From: Bacteroidia bacterium
GTDB lineage: Bacteria; Bacteroidota; Bacteroidia; Chitinophagales; Saprospiraceae
DNA length: 64,000 bases
Direction of reading: 5' to 3'
Assembly (NCBI GenBank): GCA_030426765.1
Contig: JAUHXV010000009.1
Location: forward strand, 10,633 to 74,632
The notes under the pieces: generated by a model
Databases searched by the model: none
The model's input: only the letters and a program-made list of their open reading frames with translations
Told to the model about the DNA's origin: nothing
Part shown: piece by piece, positions 16,416 through 26,404 of the stretch
How positions within the stretch are numbered: position 1 is the first letter of the stretch
Layout of the letters: every line of letters begins with the position of its first letter
Position numbers and translations under genes: made by a program

Positions 16416-17369
16416 CTAAGCTGTTCGCTGAAAAACTAAGTTGTCTGACTGCAGGTGTAGTTTCTCCAGATGGTCATCAATATTTTCCAACCGCATTAAT
16501 GTTCCATCCGGTTGGATGAAGTGTGGCCGGTACTGATATTGGGCAAACAGCTCAACCGCCCGGTGATGGGTGGACTGAGCATCCTTTGACACCAGATATT
16601 CCATGATGACTACAAGATCTTTGTTTTGAAGTGATTTTGTCAGGCCTTTCAAAACCGAGAGTTCCCCGCCTTCGGCATCAATTTTTATTACTGCTGATTC
16701 GATCTTTTCGCCGGTGAGCAGATCATCCAGCACAATGGTCTCTACCCTGTTAACCGTTTCCTTTACTTTATGGATCCAGCGAGTGTCTTTGTACGCATCT
16801 TTCAGGGTGGTATTGTATTCCGCAAGCGGTCCCGGATATTCATAGAAAGTGATTTCGCCTGGTGTGTCAGATGCTGCTTTTTGATAAAATGTGATGGTTT
16901 TCACAGCCTCAGTATTCTCCTTCAACAAACCAAAGGATTCAGCAGTTGGTTCGATCGCAAACACACGACCTTGCTCATCAACCATCGAAGCTGCCAGCAG
17001 AGAATAGTAACCATAATGAGCGCCTATATCTATAAAGGTGTCACCCAGTTTTAAATGCATGCACAGAAATTTTGTCAGCCGGATCTCTGAATCATGGGCT
17101 TTTATGCCATGCAGGGATATGTCGGTTCCAGCGGGAAGCAGTGTGATAAATGAAGCATTAAAAAATGTCTTAGTCTTCAATTTGATTCCTCGTTTGACAA
17201 TCGGGTAGACCAGCTTGTTGAATACCATCAGCAGGAAATATCGCAAGGGCGTCCGTACAATTTTGCCAAGCTTTCCTGCCCGGGCTGATTTTTCTGCCTT
17301 TTTCAGCTGCCTACTGAATATCGAAGGTTGATTCAAAATCGGTAGTTTTTTAATTCGAGTTGATAGCAT
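16416..17369 (-). CDS. FkbM family methyltransferase
   Basis: FIDIGAHYGYYSLLAA, VFAIEP and IKIDAEGGELSVLKG. The start is uncertain: the ORF overlaps the upstream GNAT gene by 37 nt, and Met48 at 17228 is an alternative. Confidence 0.7.
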   Translation of the reverse strand: MLSTRIKKLPILNQPSIFSRQLKKAEKSARAGKLGKIVRTPLRYFLLMVFNKLVYPIVKRGIKLKTKTFFNASFITLLPAGTDISLHGIKAHDSEIRLTKFLCMHLKLGDTFIDIGAHYGYYSLLAASMVDEQGRVFAIEPTAESFGLLKENTEAVKTITFYQKAASDTPGEITFYEYPGPLAEYNTTLKDAYKDTRWIHKVKETVNRVETIVLDDLLTGEKIESAVIKIDAEGGELSVLKGLTKSLQNKDLVVIMEYLVSKDAQSTHHRAVELFAQYQYRPHFIQPDGTLMRLENIDDHLEKLHLQSDNLVFQRTA

Positions 17370-17815
17370 TTCAAGCGCTCCGGAGGCTGGTGGTGATACG
17401 GTGGGATAACTTCAAAACCAAGTTGTGCGTACAGTGCCTGTGCAGCTTTCATTTCGTGCATAGTGTCCAGATTGATGTATGCATATCCCAGTTGATGTGC
17501 TACTTCAATCACATGCTCTGCCAACTTACGGCCAAGGTGCTGCCCTCTGTAGGAAGAATTGACAAAGAGCCGCCTCATTTCGGTGGTGTTTTCTGAAAAA
17601 TGGTGCAGCGCTACGCATCCGATCGTTTCGCGATTTTCGTCATTTGTGGCGATAAACATATACATTCCTTCACCAGCATACGTTTTCTCGAGTGATTGCA
17701 GTTCTTCATCAAAAGAAGGAAAGCATATCTGATCCGCATATGCATTTCGATAAGCACTAAGCAGGGTTATGATCTCATTCCAATCCTTGTCAGATTGAGG
17801 ATGGCGTATGGTCAT
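17333..17815 (-). CDS. GNAT family N-acetyltransferase
   Basis: RLFVNSSYRGQHLGRKLAEHVI (acetyl-CoA binding Q/RxxGxG/A) and ALYAQLGFEVI. Start trimmed to MTIRHP (cat at 17813-17815). Confidence 0.8.
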   Translation of the reverse strand: MTIRHPQSDKDWNEIITLLSAYRNAYADQICFPSFDEELQSLEKTYAGEGMYMFIATNDENRETIGCVALHHFSENTTEMRRLFVNSSYRGQHLGRKLAEHVIEVAHQLGYAYINLDTMHEMKAAQALYAQLGFEVIPPYHHQPPERLKCYQLELKNYRF

Positions 17816-17877
17816 GCGTACAGGTGTCAAAATGCAGCTGAGTTTGAAAGCATAAATTTGCCATAAAATATCTGGAT

Positions 17878-18537
17878 ATGGATAGTCATCACTTTGAAAA
17901 GTCCTCACTGAACACCGTAAAGCGGCTGCCCAAAAGAGGCGCGTATGATGCAGACACGATATTTGGGATACTCGATCAGCAGTTTTTGTGCCACATCAGC
18001 TGGGAAGATCAGGGACAACCCTATATGATTCCAACTGCCTATGGTCGTTCGGCCGACAAGCTCTATATCCACGGGAGCAGCAAGAGTCGTATGCTGCAGA
18101 TGTTGGCAGATGGCCGTCCATTATGCCTGGTGGTGACGATCCTCGATGCGTTGGTATTAGCCAGATCGGTGTTTCACCATTCGATGAACTATCAGTCGGC
18201 CGTTGTTTACGGTAGAGCGCGGCAAGTGGAAGGGGAAGAAAAAATGGAAGGCTTGCGTGTCGTCACAGAACAGATCATCCCGGGCAGGTGGGACGAAGCG
18301 AGACTGCCCAATGAAATTGAAATGAAAGCTACGTCTGTACTTGCGATTGAAATTGACACCGCCTCGGCCAAGGTGCGCACCGGTCCTCCCGGCGACGATG
18401 CGCCTGATTACGAACTTCCCATCTGGGCGGGTGTTGTTCCATTGAAAAAGCGTTATCTCTCTCCGGAATCTGATCCGTTGATGCAGCAGGATTTGCCTGT
18501 TCCCGCCAGTGTGGAAAAATTGCTCGAGGACCAATAA
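17878..18537 (+). CDS. pyridoxamine 5'-phosphate oxidase family (FMN-binding split-barrel) protein
   Basis: RGAYDADTIFGILDQQFLCHISWEDQGQPYMIPTAYGRSADKLYIHGS is typical of the PNPOx-like/NimA-like family. Confidence 0.7.
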   Translation: MDSHHFEKSSLNTVKRLPKRGAYDADTIFGILDQQFLCHISWEDQGQPYMIPTAYGRSADKLYIHGSSKSRMLQMLADGRPLCLVVTILDALVLARSVFHHSMNYQSAVVYGRARQVEGEEKMEGLRVVTEQIIPGRWDEARLPNEIEMKATSVLAIEIDTASAKVRTGPPGDDAPDYELPIWAGVVPLKKRYLSPESDPLMQQDLPVPASVEKLLEDQ

Positions 18538-18596
18538 TACCAGGCTTTGACCGATGTACGAAGTATTTGAAGGCCAGCTTTTAGCTGATCTTGCGT

Positions 18597-18604
18597 ATTT
18601 TTGC
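18597..18604 (+). promoter_or_regulatory. candidate Bacteroidota -7 promoter box (TAnnTTTG)
   Basis: tatttttg lies 36 nt upstream of ATG 18640. Confidence 0.35.
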
Positions 18605-18639
18605 CTGTCCCCGGCCATAAGATTTTCGAAAACCTGATT

Positions 18640-21600
18640 ATGCTGAAAACGTATAGCCTTTTTATTTCCCTACGGACGCTTCTTAGTTTATCCTTTTTCG
18701 TTGCCCTGCTACCTGTGCTTGTGGCGCAACAGGAGTATGCGTACGAATCGGAAAAAGATCAGGCAATGCCGGACTGGGTAACCGCCATGTATGCCCACGA
18801 TGCTGATCCGGGCGAAGTACTAAAGCTTTACGAAGCCTATTATCGTGAGCATCCTTTTGTTAAAAACCAGCATACCCAGTACTTCAAACGATGGATTTCA
18901 GGACTCAGTAAAAATGTAGTACCTCATCCAGTCTATGATTCCATTTTTCTAAACCAATATTTTCAGAATAAATATCAGCGATCTACGTCCAACTGGTCGA
19001 CAGTCGGACCAATTGACTGGGATCACGATGCTGCGGGAAGAAGTTATGCGCCGGGTTCTGCACATATCTACACTGTCGAACAAGCAGAATCAAATCCGGA
19101 TATTCTTTACGCCGGATCAGCGAATGCCGGACTTTGGAAAAGCGTGGATTATGGAGTAAACTGGGAACCACTGACCGATGATTTTTTAACCGGGGCAGTG
19201 ACAGCTATCGAGATCGATCCGGGAAATGCGTCCGTGGTGTATGCAGAACTGCTATCCAATATTTATAAAACCACGAATGGCGGTTCTACCTGGGAAGAAA
19301 CCGGTGATGCCTCATTTATGAATCTCTCTTTTGATACAAAAGATATACGTTGCAACCCGGATGATCCGGCTACAGTTTTTGCTGCAACCAGTAATGGGCT
19401 ATATCGAACAACGGATGGAGGGGCAAATTGGACGAGTGTTTTGTCAGGTGATGTTTTGGAAATAGAGTTTCACCCATCAGATCCTGATACGGTGTATGCG
19501 GTGAGACATTCCGGGGACATCACAGAATTTTTCAGATCGTTTAATGGTGGAAATACGTTTGCACAGCAAACCACCGGATGGCCTGCACCGAATACCGGAG
19601 CAGGAGAGCATCAGCGGCGAACTGAACTCGCAGTCACACCGGATGCTCCGGACAAGGTGTATGCCCTTGCCACCGGCACAGCCAATGGCGGAAGTGGATT
19701 GTATGGGGTATATGTGAGTGCAGATCTGGGAGCTACATGGACATTTCAATGTTGTGGACCACAACCAGCAGGCCCTCCGAGTGCAAGTAATATGAATCTA
19801 ATGGGGTGGAGTGATCAGGGGCTGGATGACGGCGGTCAGTATTATTACGATTTGGCATTTGACGTCAGTCCTTTTGATAAAGATTCCATCTGGGTGTGTG
19901 GTGTAAACCTATGGGTATCCGGCGATGAAGGTAATAGTTTTGTCTGCCCGGCCAAGTGGAGTCATTCCTACAAACCAAATTATGTGCATGCGGATATTCA
20001 TGATTTGCATTATGTGGCTTCGACGGGTGAGATCTGGGTATGCGGAGACGGAGGCATTTTTTATTCGGATGACTCCGGATTGAATTTTACAAGGCGCAAT
20101 GTGGGGATTGCCGGATCGGACTTTTGGGGTTTCGGTATGGGACATTGGTATGGCAATGTGATGATCGGCGGTGCCTATCACAACGGGACGTTGATGCGCG
20201 AGGAAGACACCTATATTAATGGTTGGATTTGTACAGATGGCGGTGATGGTGTCGGCGGATTTGTCAATCCGGGACTGGATCGACAGGCGTATAGCAATTA
20301 CAATATCAAGGCACTGCAAAGTGACCGGACGATAGCACCCGTCACACGTGCGTTTAATCATCAACCCAACAGCACTTATATCACCGGACGATCCAGTGAT
20401 CTGTTGTTTCATCCTCAGTACTATGGTACCTGGTATTCCGGTTCGGGGACTATCCTCTACCTGACCCGTGATAATGGATATACCTATGAAGAGGTGTATG
20501 ACTTTGGTGTCGATCTCGCGTCTATGGCGCTTTCACGCTCTGATCCTAATGTCATTTACGCAAGTACATTTCCGGACTGGTGGGCTACCAAACGTATATA
20601 CCGATCGGATGATGGAGGCACTTCATGGACTGAAATCACGCCTCCGCCCGGGATACTGAACAATGCGCGTCTTTGGGTGCCGTATGATATTGTGGTTGAT
20701 CCGGAAGATCCTATGACAGTATGGATTGCTCGCACCTCGATGTATAATGGCAATCCGGATATCAATGGGTACACTGTATACAAATCCGAAGATGGCGGAG
20801 CCTCATGGATGAATATCAGTGGTTCCGGTTTGAGCGGACAGGATCCCACATGCATACTGCATCAGGATGGCACCGATGGAGGGATTTATATCGGGACGCG
20901 CAACAGCGTATACTACCGAAACAACACTATGCCGGACTGGGAATTGTTCAGCAGCGGCCTTCCGGCAAAAACACATTCCGTAAAAACCCTTCCCTGGTAT
21001 CGAAAAGGAAAAATTAGAAATGCAACCAACCGGTCTGTGTGGGAGTCTCCTTTTTACGAACCATCACAACCGATCGCTACACCTGCGGTGCAGAAAAATT
21101 ATTTCTTCTGTGATCGCGATACCGCTTATTTTTCTGATCTGTCCATCGTGGAAGAAACCGGTGCTTCGTGGCATTGGGAATTTCCCGGAGGGACACCTTC
21201 TACGGATACTACGCGCAATCCCAAAGTGGTCTACAGTCGACCGGGTGTGTTTGATGTCACCCTGATCGTGAGTGATGTCAACGGTAGTGATACGACTACA
21301 ATTCCCGGAATGATTGTGGCAGACAATCGTTGCGCAATTGATACGACTCCGGGCAGTGCGATGCTGAATGTTTCGCATCCCGCCTATCTCACTGTGCCTG
21401 GTTTTGACTATACAGCAGATCACGTGACGATCACCGCATGGGTCAAACCGAATGGCATCCAGAATGCATATTCCGGTATTGTGATGAATGATGGCACAAC
21501 GGCCGGTATCAATTTTCGGGAAAGCAACAATACGATTGGATATCACTGGCCCGGTGGATCGTGGTCCTGGGACAGTAACCTCACCGCTCCTCCCGGCGAA

Positions 21601-23133
21601 TGGTCTTATGTAGCGATGGTGGTGCAGCCGGGTTCTGTGACGATCTATGTAAATGGGGTATCTGCGGTGCACAATACTTCTCCATCACCGGTCACCTTTG
21701 ATCAGATTCGGATAGGAAGTTATAAAGGCTGGGATGGCAGAAACTTCTTCGGTGAAATTGATGAGGTGTGTATCTGGGATCGCGCGCTGACGGAGGATGA
21801 AATACGGCTCATGCGCCATCTGGTCAAAGATCCGGATGCTGATCCTACCATCATCGGGTATTATCAGTTTGATCAGATCGCTTCCGGTGAAGTCATCGAC
21901 AAAGCCAATGGAGTTGATGGAAGCCTCACGGGAAATATTTCGATCATTCCTTCCAATGCACCTGTTGGGTCAGGTACAAGTGAGATCATTGACGTACAGT
22001 CGGATGGAGAAACACTGTGGATCGATGGTGGAGATCTCGCCATGGGATTCCGACCTACACATCCTGATGGGAAAGTGGTGGTGACTCACTTGCGTGTGTT
22101 GCCCGACACACTGCCTAATGACAAAGTGCCTCAGGGCATGTACTGGATTGTGAATAACTATGGTGTCAATCAGTTTCTTCCCGGAGTAGATAGCGTGACA
22201 TTTTTAAATGCCGGGGCGCTGAGTTATGAGATGGCAGAGCATTTGGAGTTTCAGATGTTTTTCCGTCAGACAAATGATTTTGGGTATTCCTGGCTTCAAA
22301 TGCTGAGCGACAGCATGCAGGCAGTACCGGGCGTGGAGGCGATGGTTGTGAGTCGTGGGGTTGATGTTTTGAAAAATCTTGGACAGTTTATCATCATGCG
22401 CGACACAGTGGATGTTGGACAAGCCGACGTCGTCATCAAACTACCGGAGCAACCGGATCCCGTAGTATCAGGCGGCGAGAGCGTGAGTTTGTTGCTCTAC
22501 GCGCAACATCAGGCATTGCAATTGCCTGTCCTTACTACGGGGGTTTTGGCGGATCTGGGCGCACCTTTTGAAGGGCAACTCGCTTTTCTGGAAGACAGTC
22601 TGGCGATTGTATTTTACAATGGGACTGAATGGAGAAAACTTTTGCAAGAAGGGATTCTGGTGTATGCATCACCTGACCTGCCAGAGGACTTTGCTACGGT
22701 CTCTATGGAAGGGGGTGCCACGCAAGCCTCAGCATTGCTGCGACTTGGAACCGGATTTGTTAGCCTGCCTGCATATAGCGGTGAAGATATTCCGGAGATT
22801 CAGGATTTGGCATCAGGGATGATGATCTATGACAGCACGTCTTCCACGATACGTTGTTATAATGGCAATAGCTGGCAGCCCTTGTCTTCAGTCCCAACTT
22901 CAATCCCTGTTTCTGTCAACGAGGCTACGCTCGTTCCGGGCATGGCGATCAACCAGCAAACTAAGAATGCATCATCGGTGATGGAGATCCATCCCTCTTC
23001 CGGAAAGGCATTGCTGTTGCCAAAACTCGATCCGTCACAAATCCATGCGCCGGTGAGTGGACTGATTTGTTTTAATCCAGTCATCAATAAGCTGATGTTT
23101 TTTGATGGGCTGAGTTGGAATGTGGTCAAATAG
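18640..23133 (+). CDS. very large secreted protein: BNR/Asp-box beta-propeller repeats, PKD domain, LamG/concanavalin-like lectin domain, repeat-bearing C-terminus
   Basis: Asp-box motifs (TNGGSTWEE, TDGGANWTS, SADLGATWT, SDDGGTSWTEI, SEDGGASWMNI). PKD region (WHWEFPGGTPS...GVFDVTLIVSDVNGSD). Laminin_G_3-like region (ITAWVKPNG...IDEVCIWDRALTEDEIRLMRH). Start trimmed to the MLKTYSLFISL... signal peptide. Confidence 0.75.
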   Translation: MLKTYSLFISLRTLLSLSFFVALLPVLVAQQEYAYESEKDQAMPDWVTAMYAHDADPGEVLKLYEAYYREHPFVKNQHTQYFKRWISGLSKNVVPHPVYDSIFLNQYFQNKYQRSTSNWSTVGPIDWDHDAAGRSYAPGSAHIYTVEQAESNPDILYAGSANAGLWKSVDYGVNWEPLTDDFLTGAVTAIEIDPGNASVVYAELLSNIYKTTNGGSTWEETGDASFMNLSFDTKDIRCNPDDPATVFAATSNGLYRTTDGGANWTSVLSGDVLEIEFHPSDPDTVYAVRHSGDITEFFRSFNGGNTFAQQTTGWPAPNTGAGEHQRRTELAVTPDAPDKVYALATGTANGGSGLYGVYVSADLGATWTFQCCGPQPAGPPSASNMNLMGWSDQGLDDGGQYYYDLAFDVSPFDKDSIWVCGVNLWVSGDEGNSFVCPAKWSHSYKPNYVHADIHDLHYVASTGEIWVCGDGGIFYSDDSGLNFTRRNVGIAGSDFWGFGMGHWYGNVMIGGAYHNGTLMREEDTYINGWICTDGGDGVGGFVNPGLDRQAYSNYNIKALQSDRTIAPVTRAFNHQPNSTYITGRSSDLLFHPQYYGTWYSGSGTILYLTRDNGYTYEEVYDFGVDLASMALSRSDPNVIYASTFPDWWATKRIYRSDDGGTSWTEITPPPGILNNARLWVPYDIVVDPEDPMTVWIARTSMYNGNPDINGYTVYKSEDGGASWMNISGSGLSGQDPTCILHQDGTDGGIYIGTRNSVYYRNNTMPDWELFSSGLPAKTHSVKTLPWYRKGKIRNATNRSVWESPFYEPSQPIATPAVQKNYFFCDRDTAYFSDLSIVEETGASWHWEFPGGTPSTDTTRNPKVVYSRPGVFDVTLIVSDVNGSDTTTIPGMIVADNRCAIDTTPGSAMLNVSHPAYLTVPGFDYTADHVTITAWVKPNGIQNAYSGIVMNDGTTAGINFRESNNTIGYHWPGGSWSWDSNLTAPPGEWSYVAMVVQPGSVTIYVNGVSAVHNTSPSPVTFDQIRIGSYKGWDGRNFFGEIDEVCIWDRALTEDEIRLMRHLVKDPDADPTIIGYYQFDQIASGEVIDKANGVDGSLTGNISIIPSNAPVGSGTSEIIDVQSDGETLWIDGGDLAMGFRPTHPDGKVVVTHLRVLPDTLPNDKVPQGMYWIVNNYGVNQFLPGVDSVTFLNAGALSYEMAEHLEFQMFFRQTNDFGYSWLQMLSDSMQAVPGVEAMVVSRGVDVLKNLGQFIIMRDTVDVGQADVVIKLPEQPDPVVSGGESVSLLLYAQHQALQLPVLTTGVLADLGAPFEGQLAFLEDSLAIVFYNGTEWRKLLQEGILVYASPDLPEDFATVSMEGGATQASALLRLGTGFVSLPAYSGEDIPEIQDLASGMMIYDSTSSTIRCYNGNSWQPLSSVPTSIPVSVNEATLVPGMAINQQTKNASSVMEIHPSSGKALLLPKLDPSQIHAPVSGLICFNPVINKLMFFDGLSWNVVK

Positions 23134-23185
23134 GATTTTTTCTGTTTCTGTGATACAGCTTTAAAGAATAGGCTCGTATTTATCA

Positions 23186-23270
23186 GGGCAGAAAAGGCGG
23201 AAAAGAGAAAGAGGCGGAAGGGCAGAAAGCGTTAAAAACCAAAACTGCGCCTCTGCGCCTCTGCGTGCGT
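23186..23270. repeat. purine-rich block plus the 30-nt module (paralog of 8328-8428)
   Basis: gggcagaaaaggcggaaaagagaaagaggcggaagggcagaaagc, then aaaactgcgcctctgcgcctctgcgtgcgt. Confidence 0.9.
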
Positions 23271-23396
23271 CTTTAAAGTGCTTAGTCCAGCATAGCGGGA
23301 GAACCCCTTCGCTGTCATACCGATCGATCGAGAGCACCTTTCAGGGCTCTTCTTTTATTTGGCTGTAAAAATCACTTTCGCCGCTTCCTCTTTTCC

Positions 23397-23415
23397 GCTC
23401 CCGACACATCGGGAT
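23397..23415. repeat. hairpin module gctcccga-caca-tcgggat (third copy)
   Basis: The 19-mer is identical to 3873-3891 and 4097-4115. Confidence 0.85.
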
Positions 23416-23507
23416 CTCTTTTCTGCCCAAAGCATTACTATATCAACCGTAGAATTTATCGACAACAGCCCCCTCAATACTATTAACCGATAAACTCATA
23501 AAACGCA

Positions 23508-23515
23508 TACCTTTG
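23508..23515 (+). promoter_or_regulatory. candidate -7 promoter box (TAccTTTG)
   Basis: tacctttg lies 58 nt upstream of ATG 23573. The 8-mer array 23526-23566 would then sit in the leader. Confidence 0.35.
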
Positions 23516-23525
23516 CTCACCAAAC

Positions 23526-23566
23526 CCTATAACCTTATAACCCTATAACCTAATAACCTTCTTAAC
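23526..23566. repeat. 8-bp tandem array, 5 units ending in TAAC
   Basis: cctataac cttataac cctataac ctaataac cttcttaac. Ends 7 nt before ATG 23573. Confidence 0.9.
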
Positions 23567-23572
23567 CCTCAG

Positions 23573-24424
23573 ATGATCTACCCATACATCTACATCAATG
23601 GAAAAATCCTGCCGCAGGAGAAAGCGCTTATTCCCGTTTGGGATCTCGGATTGCTGAGAGGGCTGGGCATTTTTGATTTCTTCAGAGTCATAGATGGCGT
23701 GCCGGTTTTTGTGGAGGATCACGTGGAAAGGCTCATGAACTCCATGGCGATCATGGGTTTGGATCAGGGCGTGTCAAAAGAAGAATGGATCTCACGTATT
23801 CATGAGATGATCCATGTGAATGAAGCGCAGCAGGCAGGATTCCGGATTGTGGTGACGGGTGGATTCAGTGAAGATGGGTACACGATTCCGGCAGAAAAGA
23901 ATGTCTTTATTCTGCTGCATGGATTGGGTGCTACTTCGAAAACGCAGTATGAGCAAGGTGTGAGTCTTTTATTGAAAAATTATCAGCGCGACATACCCGC
24001 AGCGAAGACCACCATCTATGTGCAGTCGATGCAGCAGCAACCGACTGTGATCAAAGCAGGTGCATTTGAAACGCTGTATCACTGGAATAATATCATCACA
24101 GAATGTTCTCGATGCAATATCTTTTTTATTGATCAAAATGGAGCTCTGCATACACCTGCAGAAAATATCCTGAAAGGCATTACGCGCAAACAGATACTTG
24201 GCATTGCTGGTAAACAGGGTATACGCGTTTCTGAGCGTGAGATAAAACTGGAAGAAATTCAGAATATGGCCGGGGCTTTTCTGACGGCATCAACCAAAGG
24301 TGCACTCCCGGTGACACGTATTGGCGATCACGTGATTGGTGATGGTTCCGTGCATCCACTCGCAGTCCAACTGGAATCGTTATTTGAAAAACGAGTCGCC
24401 GATTACATTCAGGCAAGGCGTTAG
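23573..24424 (+). CDS. class IV (branched-chain/D-amino-acid) aminotransferase family protein
   Basis: N-terminal LGLLRGLGIFDFFRV, and the length and C-terminal pattern are typical of fold-type IV PLP enzymes. Confidence 0.75.
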   Translation: MIYPYIYINGKILPQEKALIPVWDLGLLRGLGIFDFFRVIDGVPVFVEDHVERLMNSMAIMGLDQGVSKEEWISRIHEMIHVNEAQQAGFRIVVTGGFSEDGYTIPAEKNVFILLHGLGATSKTQYEQGVSLLLKNYQRDIPAAKTTIYVQSMQQQPTVIKAGAFETLYHWNNIITECSRCNIFFIDQNGALHTPAENILKGITRKQILGIAGKQGIRVSEREIKLEEIQNMAGAFLTASTKGALPVTRIGDHVIGDGSVHPLAVQLESLFEKRVADYIQARR

Positions 24425-24492
24425 AACTCCTTTTCCAATTCTTCAGACTTTATATTTGATTCACTAATTTTATTGGTGAAACCCATCCCACT

Positions 24493-26385
24493 ATGGCCAA
24501 AAAACAAAAGGCGAAAAAGAAATCTTCCATTGGTAAGCAATCGACGAAAAATGCTCAGGCCAATATCCTGCTTAAGAAGTTCAATGAGCAGCTAAAGGCA
24601 CATTCGCTCAAGGTGATGGCCGGGATTTTTGTATTGTCTTTGTTGATCAGTGGTATCTACTATGCGCAGGGAAATAAGTCTCCATTGAATAGTATTCATC
24701 ACTGGGACAACAGCGATATGGCATTCTTTGATACCTGGGCAACTTATCTGGCCAAAGGCAATTGGATGTGCGATACGGTTCTTCATCCCTATCACGACTG
24801 GCACGATGATTTTGCCGCTTCCTGGTTGCAATCCTATCCGGCAGAATCAGAAGTCTATTATCAGGATCCGGCAGGAGGTCCGAGGCGAACGGATTTGGAG
24901 GCAAAGAAGGCATTAATCAACGATATCTATAAGGGCAAAACCTTTCATCAGGAGCCACTCTACACGTATATGGTGGCGATCACATATTCCATTTTTGGCA
25001 AAAACCTGAAATGGATTCACTTCTGGAATTTCCTCCTGGCTGCCCTTACCTCAGTGCTGGTGTATCTCATCGGTCGGAGACAGTTTAATGAACTGACCGG
25101 TGTGCTGGGCGCGGTCTTCATGACATTATGTGGTACTATACTCGTCTATCAGATGGTATTGTTTCGGACGACGCTGACCAATTTCTTTACGGTCCTGATA
25201 TTGTATACCTATCTGCGTATGCGTAAAGAGCCGAACAGGAAGAATCTGATCTTGTTTGGTGTGTCTTCCGGACTCGCGTTGCTGGCACAATCGTATTTCA
25301 TTTTATTTCTGGTACCGGCATGGCTTTGGTTTGCATGGGAACAAAGACAGAATCTCAAATCATTTGCGATTCGGTTTTCCATCATTATAGCCAGCATGTT
25401 GATTGTACTCTCACCGCTGTTTATCCGAAACTATACGGTGGGAGTGCCTTTGACAGCCATGGCAGGACACGGTGCTATGGCATATATTCCGATGAATACA
25501 ACGCATGCCGGACCCATGGAGTCTTTCTATGTGCATATGCCCACACTTGTCAAATTGAGACATGACGGAAATGGAAAAATGATCAAAACGGCATTTTTGT
25601 GTCTGGATACTTTTACTTCTTTTGGTGATTTCTGGCGGATCTATAAGCAGAAGATCAACGGGATGTTTATGTGGTATGAGATCCCGAATAATATGAACTA
25701 CTACCTCTACCGTGAGTGGGCGCCTATACTCGCTCAATTGCCTGTCAGGTACTTTTTCATAGCACCACTTGGGCTGGTAGGTCTCGTACTTGGTTTTTAC
25801 CGGTATCGGTTTACGTTTATTCCCTTTTTCCTGATGGTTGTGGCTTCGATTATTCCGATTCTGATCGCGGGCAATCTGGCCCGGTATCGCACACCGCTTG
25901 TGATCCTTTTGTCGCTGACGGCAGCCTATTGTTTGTACAAACTTGTGGACTGGATCATCAGCAAATCGTATAAAGAAGCACTCATCGGTGGCGGGCTTTG
26001 TGTGGTAGCTTTTTTATATACAGCCAATACCGTCAACCAATCAGTCAATTTGGTTGGGTCGAACGACCTGCATGTTATGTATTATTTTCATTTCAGAGAC
26101 AGGCTGCTCGAACTTGAGGCGGAAGGCAATGCCATAGAATACCTTGCCACGACGACGGACCTCATGGATCATCTGCCTGACTATTATTTTGATCTCGGAA
26201 TAGCTGACCCGATCACCAATAATAATGACGCAGATGCTTCCTTGTATGCCGTCAACCTGATACGCATGCATGCAGCTGTGTTAGAGGGTGTCAACCGGGA
26301 GGAAGATGCCAGATACTACACGCAGAAAGCAGATGTATTGGCCGCTCGGGCCAACCAGTTTAAGCAACTTATGAATCTGCAGTAA
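24493..26385 (+). CDS. membrane glycosyltransferase, family 39/83 (ArnT/PMT-like)
   Basis: About 11 TM segments. EPLYTYMVAITYSIFGKN is a typical N-terminal loop region of ArnT-like enzymes. The C-terminus is soluble and helical. Confidence 0.6.
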   Translation: MAKKQKAKKKSSIGKQSTKNAQANILLKKFNEQLKAHSLKVMAGIFVLSLLISGIYYAQGNKSPLNSIHHWDNSDMAFFDTWATYLAKGNWMCDTVLHPYHDWHDDFAASWLQSYPAESEVYYQDPAGGPRRTDLEAKKALINDIYKGKTFHQEPLYTYMVAITYSIFGKNLKWIHFWNFLLAALTSVLVYLIGRRQFNELTGVLGAVFMTLCGTILVYQMVLFRTTLTNFFTVLILYTYLRMRKEPNRKNLILFGVSSGLALLAQSYFILFLVPAWLWFAWEQRQNLKSFAIRFSIIIASMLIVLSPLFIRNYTVGVPLTAMAGHGAMAYIPMNTTHAGPMESFYVHMPTLVKLRHDGNGKMIKTAFLCLDTFTSFGDFWRIYKQKINGMFMWYEIPNNMNYYLYREWAPILAQLPVRYFFIAPLGLVGLVLGFYRYRFTFIPFFLMVVASIIPILIAGNLARYRTPLVILLSLTAAYCLYKLVDWIISKSYKEALIGGGLCVVAFLYTANTVNQSVNLVGSNDLHVMYYFHFRDRLLELEAEGNAIEYLATTTDLMDHLPDYYFDLGIADPITNNNDADASLYAVNLIRMHAAVLEGVNREEDARYYTQKADVLAARANQFKQLMNLQ

Positions 26386-26404
26386 GTAAAACAGAAGAGG
26401 TGAA

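Noticed and set aside
23158-23278. ctttaaag at both ends of the purine-block plus 30-mer unit, considered as a target-site duplication of a MITE
   Set aside because: An 8-mer match is expected by chance many times in 64 kb, and the paralogous unit at 8328-8428 lacks it.
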